Origin: an uncultured delta proteobacterium | GTDB lineage: Bacteria; Myxococcota_A; Polyangia; Polyangiales; B10-G4 | Direction: 5' to 3' | Assembly: GCA_963727445.1 (NCBI GenBank) | Contig: CAVSGI010000006.1 | Coordinates: 416,001-480,000, forward strand | Length of the DNA stretch: 64,000 nt | Shown here: piece by piece, positions 15,958 to 26,436 of the stretch | Position numbering within the stretch: the stretch's first letter is position 1 | Layout of the letters: each line of letters starts with the position of its first letter | Notes under the pieces: generated by a model | Told to the model about the DNA's origin: nothing | What the model saw: the letters and a program-made list of their open reading frames with translations, nothing else | Database searches by the model: none | Program-made: the position numbers and the translations under genes

Positions 15958-17214
15958 GTGGTTCGTCCGGTCGTCTCGCTGCTTCTGATGGTCGCTTCCG
16001 GCTGCATTCCGCCGGAGCTCGGCGAGTGTGATGAGACGGTCGCCCGCGTCGTCGTTTACACCGACGACGCGCAAGGTCTTCCAGCCTACGCGGGCCAGGC
16101 GCTGATCAACCAGTCGTGCGGCGCGGGCGCTTTCTGCCACAGCGAGGGCGCCGTCGACCGCCACGGCGCGCCGCTGGGCATGGACTTCGACCTCGCCCTC
16201 GCGACGGACGAAGCACAGACCGAGCGCCTCCGTCGCGACCAGGCCACCGCCCACAGGCTCGGCCGATGGATTCTCCTCGAGGTCCAGCAAGAGACGATGC
16301 CGCCGGGTGCCATCGGCGCCGAGGTGGCCGCCTCGGGGCCCGCCTACCGGAACCTGCCGGCGCTCTTCAGCCCAGAGGGGAAGGAGACCCTGCGCAACTG
16401 GCTCGCGTGCGGGAGCCCGGTCGTGGAGCGCGTCTCTGCCGACCGTCCGACCGGCGTGCAGCCGGTGGGCGCGATCGTGCCCGCGCTCCCAGCCACCCCC
16501 CCGGGCGGCTGCACCGGTGGTCTCGTCGACTGCGGCGGTGCCTGCGTGAACACGACGACCGATCCGGCTCACTGCGGCGGTTGTGACACCGCGTGCGATG
16601 CGGCTTCTTTCTGCAGCAACAGCAGCTGCACCACGGACTGCCCAACGAGCACCACCGAGTGCAATCGGTCCTGCGTGGACACCGGCACCGATCCGATGAA
16701 CTGCGGCGGCTGCGGCGCGGTGTGCGCGTCAGGGGAGACGTGCAGCGGGGGCGCCTGCGCCTGCAGCGCCGGGCTCGTGGATTGCGGTAGCGGTTGTGTC
16801 GATACCCAGAGCTCGGCGGATGATTGCGGCGGGTGCGGCATGGCCTGCGCCTCGGGCGAGGTCTGCGAGGCGGGGACGTGCGTGGCGTGCGGCGACAGCA
16901 TCAGCTTTTCCCGCGACGTGATGCCTCTCTTCGGCGGATGCACCGGCTCGACGTGTCACTCCGGCGTGCGGCCCGCGGGGAACCTCGATCTGAGCTCTGG
17001 AAGCATGTGCAGCTCGATGGTCGGCGTCGCCTCGAGCTGCGGATCGCGCCTCTACGTCGAGCCGGGCGCGCCCGACCGGAGCTACGTAGTCGACAAGCTG
17101 CGTGGCCGGAACCTCTGCCGCGGCCAGCAGATGCCGCTGCGCGCCCCGGCCCTGCCGGAGTCGCAGATCGCCACCATCGAAGACTGGATCTGCGGCGGCG
17201 CCCGGAACGACTGA
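15958..17214 (+). CDS. Lipoprotein with two cytochrome-c-like domains flanking Cys-rich (MXAN_6577/Stig1-like) repeats
   Basis: CGAGAFCH and CTGSTCH, each followed by MP and WxxxG; central CVDTxTDPxNCGGCGxxC repeats; lipobox ASGC. Confidence 0.7.
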   Translation: MVRPVVSLLLMVASGCIPPELGECDETVARVVVYTDDAQGLPAYAGQALINQSCGAGAFCHSEGAVDRHGAPLGMDFDLALATDEAQTERLRRDQATAHRLGRWILLEVQQETMPPGAIGAEVAASGPAYRNLPALFSPEGKETLRNWLACGSPVVERVSADRPTGVQPVGAIVPALPATPPGGCTGGLVDCGGACVNTTTDPAHCGGCDTACDAASFCSNSSCTTDCPTSTTECNRSCVDTGTDPMNCGGCGAVCASGETCSGGACACSAGLVDCGSGCVDTQSSADDCGGCGMACASGEVCEAGTCVACGDSISFSRDVMPLFGGCTGSTCHSGVRPAGNLDLSSGSMCSSMVGVASSCGSRLYVEPGAPDRSYVVDKLRGRNLCRGQQMPLRAPALPESQIATIEDWICGGARND

Positions 17215-17220
17215 GGAGAG

Positions 17221-17808
17221 TCAGGGCCCGCTGCGGACCAACTGGATGTTGCAACGGCTCGGGCCTGCGCTGCCGCAGGAGAGGGTCCATGTGGAGGTGG
17301 CGGCGGCCCACATCCCCGTGCAGCTCTCGCCGCCGCCGGTGCCGAGGGTGAGCGAGGCGCCAGAGAGCGAGCCCGCCCCGGAGATGGTCGCCGTCCCATT
17401 CAGCGCGCCGGCGGAGCTGAAGGTGGCGGCGCAGGCCATGCGGTCGCCGTCGATGCGCTGCGTCGCGCTGTTGTCGAGGTCGCCGCAGCCGATGCCGGTC
17501 GCGAAGACCGAGAACGCCCCGAAGACATCCGGACAGTTGACGGTGGAGGAGGTGTCGGCAGGGCCGGAGTCGGCCATCGACGAGTCCGTGGGTGCGCCGT
17601 CGGACGCCGACCCGTCCATCGGGGGCGAGGTGTCGCGCCGCGGCGTGGCCGAGTCGCGAAGCGCCCCGCTGTCCGCGCTCGCTCCGCCGTCGGTCGGTGG
17701 GCCCGCCGGGTCGCCTCCCACCTCGAAGCAGCCGCCCGACACGACGACCGCCACCGCGCACAGAGCGTGCGCGATGTGCGGTCGCCGCGGGTCGGGGAGC
17801 GGACTCAA
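17221..17808 (-). CDS. Hypothetical lipoprotein
   Basis: Lipobox SGGC, Asp/Ser/Gly linker, small Cys-containing C-terminal domain. Confidence 0.6.
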   Translation of the reverse strand: MSPLPDPRRPHIAHALCAVAVVVSGGCFEVGGDPAGPPTDGGASADSGALRDSATPRRDTSPPMDGSASDGAPTDSSMADSGPADTSSTVNCPDVFGAFSVFATGIGCGDLDNSATQRIDGDRMACAATFSSAGALNGTATISGAGSLSGASLTLGTGGGESCTGMWAAATSTWTLSCGSAGPSRCNIQLVRSGP

Positions 17809-17812
17809 GGGT

Positions 17813-19021
17813 TCACGGCGCGGCGCAGGTGCCGCTCACGCAAGGACGCCCCATGCAGGCGTTGCCGCAGGAGCCGCAGTTCGCTGGGTCGACGTTGGTG
17901 TTGGTGCACCGGTCGCCGCAGAGGGTGAGACCGGCGCGGCACCCGACGCAGACGCCGAGTCGACAGGTCTCGTCCGCAGCGCAGGTGGTGCCGCAGCCGC
18001 CGCAATTGAACTCGTTGGTCTGCGTGTCGACGCAGGCGCCGGAGCAGTCCGTGAGTCCGGCGCCACAGGTCGTCGTGCAGCTGCCCATGGAGCAGACTTC
18101 ACTGGACCCGCAGGCGGTGGTGCAGTCGCCGCAGTGCGCGGGGTCGCTCGCGATGAGCACACAATCCGTGCCGCAGGCCGTCTCGCCCGGCGCACAGCTG
18201 GTCATCATGCAGCTGCCGCCGTCGCAGTACTCCATGGGGGTGCACATGGTGCCGCAGGCGCCGCAGTTGTTCGGGTCGGTGTCGGTGTCCACGCACATGC
18301 CCATGCAGTCGGTCTCGGTCGTCGCGCACATCGCGGAGCAGCTCCCCGCCGTGCACACCTCGCCCGAAGCACACATGGTGCCGCAGCCCCCGCAGTTCGT
18401 GGGGTCGGTATCGGTGTCCACGCACGCCCCGCCGCAAGAGGTCGTCCCCACGGGACAGCCACACGCGCCCATGGTGCACACCTCACCCGTGGCGCAGGCG
18501 GTGCCGCAGCCGCCGCAGTTCGCGGCGTCGGTGTCGGTGTCGACGCAGGCGCCGCTGCAGTCCGTCAGACCCGTACCACAGCTGGCGGCGCAGCTGCCCG
18601 TGTCGCAGACCTCGCCCGAAGCGCAGGCGGTGCCGCAGGCGCCGCAGTTCATGGGATCGACGAGGGGATCCACACAGGCCATGGAGCAGACGATCTCGCC
18701 CGCCCCACAGGTGAGCCCGGCGTCCGTCATCGCGTCGCCGGCCGCGTCACCCGCGGCGTCGCCGGCCGCGTCGCCCGAGGCGTCGGCCATTCCATCCATG
18801 GTGGCGTCCATCGAGCCATCCATCGAGCCATCCGCGGCGCCGTCCATGGTGCTGGTGTCCGCCGGACCGGTGTCGCCGGTGCTGGTATCGGCCGGCCCGG
18901 TGTCCCCTGTCGAGGTGTCCGGGGTGCCCGTGTCCAAGAGCCCCGTATCCGAGGTCGTGGAGTCGTCGCCGCAGGCGGCCAAGAGCAGCCCGCTCAGACA
19001 AAGCATGGAAATCAAACGCAT
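17813..19021 (-). CDS. Cys-rich repeat lipoprotein (MXAN_6577/Stig1-like)
   Basis: LAAC lipobox; DTG linker; about seven CVDTDTDPxNCGxCGxxC units. Confidence 0.85.
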   Translation of the reverse strand: MRLISMLCLSGLLLAACGDDSTTSDTGLLDTGTPDTSTGDTGPADTSTGDTGPADTSTMDGAADGSMDGSMDATMDGMADASGDAAGDAAGDAAGDAMTDAGLTCGAGEIVCSMACVDPLVDPMNCGACGTACASGEVCDTGSCAASCGTGLTDCSGACVDTDTDAANCGGCGTACATGEVCTMGACGCPVGTTSCGGACVDTDTDPTNCGGCGTMCASGEVCTAGSCSAMCATTETDCMGMCVDTDTDPNNCGACGTMCTPMEYCDGGSCMMTSCAPGETACGTDCVLIASDPAHCGDCTTACGSSEVCSMGSCTTTCGAGLTDCSGACVDTQTNEFNCGGCGTTCAADETCRLGVCVGCRAGLTLCGDRCTNTNVDPANCGSCGNACMGRPCVSGTCAAP

Positions 19022-19094
19022 AAACCCTCCGTAAGCAAATCGGTCTGTATTTCAGCCTACGACTTTTTGTCGTCGTCGAGAACCAAGCCGTAGC

Positions 19095-20483
19095 TCACTC
19101 CACTCGGAAGACGCCGCGCAGGTCCTCGGTGGCGCTGATGTAGCTTCGCGCCCCGGTGCGATCGCGATAACTCCACGCCCGGAACTGATAGATCATCCCG
19201 GCGTCCAACATCGCGCCGCTCCAGGTGTAGGTCACGGTCGCCGCGCCGCTGACGCTCGGGATCATCGTGTTCTCGTGCACCACCTCGCCGAAGGCGTCAT
19301 AGACGCGCAGCTCGTAGCCGTCCTCGGAGCTGTCGTCGGCCCACTCGAAGGTGGGATCGCCGCTGATGGTCTCGATGGTGTCGGCGCCCGGCATGATGAC
19401 CTCGAGGGCGGCGGTGACCTTGAAGACGTCGAGGTCGACGTCCGTGCCGGAGACGTCGATGCGGATGACCTCGGTGCCGCCGATGCCCGCGTCGGGGTCG
19501 CGCACCAGATCGTCGTTTTCGAAGGCCGCCAGCACGGCGTAGCGGCCCGGCGGCACGCCGGCGATCTCGTAGGCGCCGGTGACCATGTCGGCGCGCAGGC
19601 CGGCCGGTGCTTCGCCGCGCACCGTCGCCGGGTCGAAGGTGGAGTCGACCACCAGGATCACCGAGGTGACCTGCTCGACGCCGCCCGCATCGGCGAAGTT
19701 GATGGTGCCGCGCACCGTGGCGAGGCCGTCGGTAGTGGCGGTGAGGGTGACCATGTCGACCGCGCCGGTGGTGGTCAGGGTCTCCGGGTGGACGTTCAGG
19801 CCGGCGCGATAGCCCGACACCGTGGTGTCACCTGCAGGCACGTTGAAGAGGATGAAGGTGCCGTCGCGATCGCTGATGGCCGTCGAGACCGCAGTGCCTC
19901 CCTGCTCGGCGATCACGAGCACGCCGTCACCGTCGGGGTTGTCGATGCTGCCCTCGATGCGCCCGCCGCCGCTGCCGCTCGGCAGGGCGATGAGCGCCAC
20001 GTCGGTGGTGGCGTTCATGATGAAGCGTCCGTCCGCGTCCTCCATCAGCTGCATCTCGGCGACCTCGATGGGGAGGGCCTGCCGCGGCGGCTTCGGGAAG
20101 GTCTGATATCCGTCGGCGTCGACGCGCAGGGTCACGCTCTCCGCATTGAACGATCCGTCGTCGGCGCGGTCCACCGCGATGGGGAGCACGTAGGTTCCGT
20201 CCGCCGCCGTTCGGGCGACGACTGAACGGGGGGCGGCGCTCGCGTCGATGGCCACCACCGTCGCGCCTTCGATGCCGGCGCTGGTCGCCGCGTCGAAGAC
20301 GGTGCCGCGGAGCTGGATCGGAACGAAGCAACCCGGCGTATCGGTGCCGGTGATGTTCTCGCAGACCAGCCCCTCGTCGCAGCCTTCGGAGGTGCCCAGC
20401 GTGCAGGTCTCTTCGTCGCCTCCGCAGGAGAACAGGAGGCCGCAAAGAAGGAAAAGGATCGTTGAGGTAGCAAAGCGCGTCAT
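19095..20483 (-). CDS. Lipoprotein with carboxypeptidase-regulatory-like (beta-sandwich) domains
   Basis: LFSC lipobox; LRGTVFDAATSAGIEGATVV, TAADGTYVL, SDRDGTFILFNVPAG patterns. Confidence 0.75.
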   Translation of the reverse strand: MTRFATSTILFLLCGLLFSCGGDEETCTLGTSEGCDEGLVCENITGTDTPGCFVPIQLRGTVFDAATSAGIEGATVVAIDASAAPRSVVARTAADGTYVLPIAVDRADDGSFNAESVTLRVDADGYQTFPKPPRQALPIEVAEMQLMEDADGRFIMNATTDVALIALPSGSGGGRIEGSIDNPDGDGVLVIAEQGGTAVSTAISDRDGTFILFNVPAGDTTVSGYRAGLNVHPETLTTTGAVDMVTLTATTDGLATVRGTINFADAGGVEQVTSVILVVDSTFDPATVRGEAPAGLRADMVTGAYEIAGVPPGRYAVLAAFENDDLVRDPDAGIGGTEVIRIDVSGTDVDLDVFKVTAALEVIMPGADTIETISGDPTFEWADDSSEDGYELRVYDAFGEVVHENTMIPSVSGAATVTYTWSGAMLDAGMIYQFRAWSYRDRTGARSYISATEDLRGVFRVE

Positions 20484-20516
20484 GAGTCCAGAGTATAGAA
20501 ACCGTGACGGGGCTTA

Positions 20517-20552
20517 CCAGAGTGGGTCTGTGTGGGCGGCGACCTACATCGC
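20517..20552. repeat. 36-bp intergenic element, copy 2
   Basis: 34/36 identical to 15859..15894. Confidence 0.85.
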
Positions 20553-20582
20553 AACGTTCGTCCCACGAAGTACAATGAAGTG

Positions 20583-23253
<2,671 letters not shown>

Positions 23254-23305
23254 GCAGACGGGCGCCACCTCGGCGCGTTATCGTTGAACGCGGAGGAACG
23301 ATCGA

Positions 23306-23827
23306 ATGACACGCAACGTCTCTATGGGTCTCGCCGCGCTCCTGATTCTGCTCGGCGGCTGCATGCTCAAGACCAACTCGACCTCGACACAGTCTGGCGG
23401 CACCACCACCACGCCGGCGACCACCGCGAGCAGCGGCGGAGACGACGATGATACGGGCGGCACCAGCTCGGCCGTGACGGACGGCGACGCCGACGACGAT
23501 GACGCCGTCGACGAGAGCGAGAGCGGCCACCCGCACGGCGGGCCTCCCGGACAGACCGGGGAGCATCCCGAGCACCCGCACGGCGGCCCGCCCGGACACG
23601 CGGACGACGATGGCGACGGCGATCACGACCGCGGCCACGGCAACGACGCTGACGGCGAAGACGAGGACAACCCGGGACGCGGCCGTGGCGGGCGCGGGAG
23701 CTCGATGGCGTCGATGGCGTCGATGAGCGCCATGGGCGGCGATCACGATCGCGGCCACGGCAACGACGCCGACGGGGAGGACGAGGACAACCCCGGCGCC
23801 AGCATGGGCAGCATGGGGATGCACTGA
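23306..23827 (+). CDS. Low-complexity His/Asp/Gly-rich lipoprotein
   Basis: LGGC lipobox; 2x HPHGGPPG and 2x GDHDRGHGNDADGEDEDNPG. Confidence 0.7.
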   Translation: MTRNVSMGLAALLILLGGCMLKTNSTSTQSGGTTTTPATTASSGGDDDDTGGTSSAVTDGDADDDDAVDESESGHPHGGPPGQTGEHPEHPHGGPPGHADDDGDGDHDRGHGNDADGEDEDNPGRGRGGRGSSMASMASMSAMGGDHDRGHGNDADGEDEDNPGASMGSMGMH

Positions 23828-23848
23828 TCCCCCTGGCCTCGCCCCCGC

Positions 23849-24778
23849 TCAGGGGGCGAGGTTGATGTTGATCTGGTAGTTGCCGCCCTCGCCGCCGAGG
23901 CCATCGATCACGAGGTAGACGTCCTGGCCGGCGGTGGCGGCGAAGCTGGTCTGCGAGAACTGGTTCACGCCCATCTCGATGTCGTCGTTGCAGCCGAGGA
24001 GGGTGGCGGGGGGGCAGCTGGGGTAAGCGCTCAGGACGGTGTCGTATTCGCTGCCGATGGTGTCGAACACCCAGGTGCCGTCCGATGGCGCGGTCCAGTA
24101 ATGAATTCGATCCGGTGATCCGCCGCCTCCGCACGGGCTGAGGTTGTCGCTGCCGCCGAGGATCGTGGTCCCGGAGAACACCGCGTCGCCGGTGGCCATC
24201 GACGCGGTCGCGTTCTCGGGGCAGGTCGAGGGCGTCTCGCCGATGATCGTCGTGTCGAAGCACGATCCGACGGTCGTTCCGAACTCGGCGTCGAGCGTGG
24301 GGCACATCATGTTCGCCGCGGTCGCCGCGGTGTTGCACTCCGCGATCGTCGCGTCGTCGCAAGCCGCCCCCTCGACGCAGGACGCGAACTCCTCGCTGGC
24401 GAGCGCGTAGCAGTCATAGAAGGGCGCAGCGGCGCTCATCATCGTCGCCCAGGCCATGTCGACGCAGGCGTCCTGTTCGGGGAACTCCTGAAAAGCAGCG
24501 CAATCCTCGGCGTTGTCGAATCCGCGATCCATGAACATGCACGCGCACAGGGCTTCGTTCACGCGCGCCTGGGCGGCCCGGCTTCGGGTCAATCCGTCGC
24601 CCATGGGCCCTCCGTCCGTCCCGGTTCCCGTATCGGTGATGGTGCCGGTGTCAGTGGTGCCGGTGTCGGTACCGGTGTCTCCGGCGGCGTCGGTGGAAGC
24701 ATCGGTGACGCCTCCGTCGTCGCCGCACCCGAAGGCGAGCGTGAGGATGAGGGAGTGGACGACGAAGTGCGGCTTCAT
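23849..24778 (-). CDS. Hypothetical lipoprotein with C-terminal PPC-like beta domain
   Basis: AFGC lipobox; C-terminal WTAPSDGTWVFDTIGSEYDTVL...LGCNDD...VYLVIDG pattern. Confidence 0.7.
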   Translation of the reverse strand: MKPHFVVHSLILTLAFGCGDDGGVTDASTDAAGDTGTDTGTTDTGTITDTGTGTDGGPMGDGLTRSRAAQARVNEALCACMFMDRGFDNAEDCAAFQEFPEQDACVDMAWATMMSAAAPFYDCYALASEEFASCVEGAACDDATIAECNTAATAANMMCPTLDAEFGTTVGSCFDTTIIGETPSTCPENATASMATGDAVFSGTTILGGSDNLSPCGGGGSPDRIHYWTAPSDGTWVFDTIGSEYDTVLSAYPSCPPATLLGCNDDIEMGVNQFSQTSFAATAGQDVYLVIDGLGGEGGNYQININLAP

Positions 24779-24834
24779 GGGCCGCTAGTCCCACGAACGC
24801 GTCTAACCATGCAAGTCCCCCAGCCGAGGACGGC

Positions 24835-25442
24835 TCAGGTCCGGACCACGCCGTTCAGGCTGACCATGTAGGCGTCGCGGGCGCCGTCCTTCACGAAGCT
24901 CTGGACGGTGCGGGCGAGCGTCGCGCCGAGCAGACCGATCATCGGCAGGTGTTCGCCGCCTTCACACGTGGCTGAGTTCTGGGGGGCTGCTCGCCCCCTC
25001 CGGCCCCCTCGGCCTGCGTGTCCTCCCGGTCCGGCGTGAAGTCCTCGTCCCAGCGGACGAGACCGAAGCTGCCGTCGCCGCTGAGCGCAGCGTGGACGAG
25101 GGGGATGTCGGCGCCGCGGCAATAGTCGCTGGCGATCATCCGGCTGTCGTAGTTATCGAAGCAGTCGACGACCAGGTCGCTGCCCGCGAGCAGCTCATGG
25201 TCGTTGTCCTCGGTGAGGCGCACGCCGAAGGCTTCGCTCTTGATGCCCCAGAAGTTCGCGAGCTGAAGCTTCATCGCCTGCGCCTTGTTCTTGTTCAGGC
25301 TCTGCTTCACGAAGACCTGCGCGAGCAGGTTCTTGGACTCGACGCGATCGAAGTCGACGAGCCGCAGCTCCGCGCCGAGCGAGCGGCACAGAACCACGGA
25401 CGTCGACCCGAGCGCGCCGATCCCGACAAAGGTGATGCGCAT
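24835..25442 (-). CDS. ThiF/MoeB/E1-like adenylyltransferase (frameshift near 24972)
   Basis: MRITFVGIGALGS (GxGxxG), VDFDRVESKNL, KNKA, DLVVDCFDNYDSR; the tail ATCEGGEHLP in the adjacent frame carries the candidate catalytic Cys. ATG overlaps the upstream TGA. Confidence 0.85.
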
Positions 25443-26017
25443 CAGGACTCCTGGGGGCCGGGAGCACACTCCCGGCTTCGGGCCGCTGCGCTCCCGGTCC
25501 CGCGCCGCACCGCTGCGCGGTGCTCTGCGGGCCCGTCCGCTCCGCGTCCCGAAGCCTTCTGCGCACGGCCGGGAGCGCACTCCCGGCTTCGGGCCGCTGC
25601 GCTCCCGGTCCCGCGCCGCACCGCTGCGCGGTGCTCTGCGGGCCCGTCCGCTCCGCGTCCCGAAGCCTTCTGCGCACGGCCAGGAGCGCACTCCCGGCTT
25701 CGGGCCGCTGCGCTCCCGGTCCCGCGCCGCACCGCTGCGCGGTGCTCTGCGGGCCCGTCCGCTCCGCGTCCCGAAGCCTTCTGCGCACGGCCGAAGGGCA
25801 CCTTGGGACGCAGATAGATTCGGCCGTGGCCGAAGCGGTCGATCACGTAGTGGTCGAACGCGCCCTCGTGGAGGTTCGCGATGTGGAGGCCCGGCAGGCC
25901 CCCCGAGCGGACGAGCTCCACCGCGATGCGGCGGATCTCGCGATCGCCCATGTGTGGCTCGATCGCGCGCGGGTAATCCACGCTCATGCCGTTGTAGGTG
26001 ATGTTGAGGATGGCCAT
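25442..26017 (-). CDS. Ubiquitin-like protein: 76-aa core ending RPKVPFG plus a repeat-derived C-terminal tail
   Basis: ATG at 26017 after AAGGAGG; core is beta-beta-helix-beta like and ends at Gly76 (25790-25792); lies between JAB and E1 genes with TGATG coupling at both ends. Confidence 0.7.
   Translation of the reverse strand: MAILNITYNGMSVDYPRAIEPHMGDREIRRIAVELVRSGGLPGLHIANLHEGAFDHYVIDRFGHGRIYLRPKVPFGRAQKASGRGADGPAEHRAAVRRGTGSAAARSRECAPGRAQKASGRGADGPAEHRAAVRRGTGSAAARSRECAPGRAQKASGRGADGPAEHRAAVRRGTGSAAARSRECAPGPQES
25456..25793. repeat. Tandem 3 x 111-bp GC-rich repeat, in frame within the Ubl gene
   Basis: Units start at 25456, 25567 and 25678, nearly identical, bounded by GGCCG; internal hairpin GCACCGC-TGC-GCGGTGC. 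Confidence 0.95.
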
Positions 26018-26436
26018 CAGTCGCCTCCTTCCCTCTTCGTGGAGCGTCGCGCACCTGACGCGAGCCGCATTAGATCGGCCCACCAGGGCTCGTCGTCCCC
26101 TTCGAGGATGCGCTCCTCGCGTGCGGGCTCCTCGCCCGCCTCGCCGGGAGGTCCGTAACTTCTAACCACGACCTCGGCCGGCGCTACCACCGAAAAGCGG
26201 ATCGGCCGCGCCAGGGCCGTGACCAGCGCCGCCATGGTGGTCTCGTCTTCCTGCGAAAACGCCGCCGGTCCACGCGGATGACTGTGCGCGATCTCGACAA
26301 GCGTCTCGCGCCGCGACCAGATGGCGTCCCAGCGGGCCCGCGAGTCGGGGAGGGCGCTCGGGTCGTCCGATGCATCGGACCACGCGATCACCTCCCCCTC
26401 GCAGATCAGGAGGCAGACCTCGCGAGCCTCGCTCAT
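26017..26436 (-). CDS. JAB/MPN+ (Mov34) metallopeptidase
   Basis: N-terminal Glu (AREVCLLI) and HSHPRGPAAFSQED = HxH-x7-S-x2-D. Confidence 0.88.
   Translation of the reverse strand: MSEAREVCLLICEGEVIAWSDASDDPSALPDSRARWDAIWSRRETLVEIAHSHPRGPAAFSQEDETTMAALVTALARPIRFSVVAPAEVVVRSYGPPGEAGEEPAREERILEGDDEPWWADLMRLASGARRSTKREGGD

Noticed and set aside
25456..25793. CRISPR array
   Set aside because: Contiguous 111-bp units with no unique spacers and no cas genes.
24939..26054. 371-aa ThiF with a long repeat N-terminus
   Set aside because: The ThiF fold starts at ATG 25442, coupled to the Ubl stop; the upstream part is an alternative frame of the Ubl gene and repeat.
24835..26436. Plain ThiS/MoaD sulfur-relay cassette
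   Set aside because: Not favoured, though not excluded: no thiamine, molybdopterin or cysteine synthase genes are adjacent, the small protein ends PFG rather than GG, and an E2-like gene is co-oriented.
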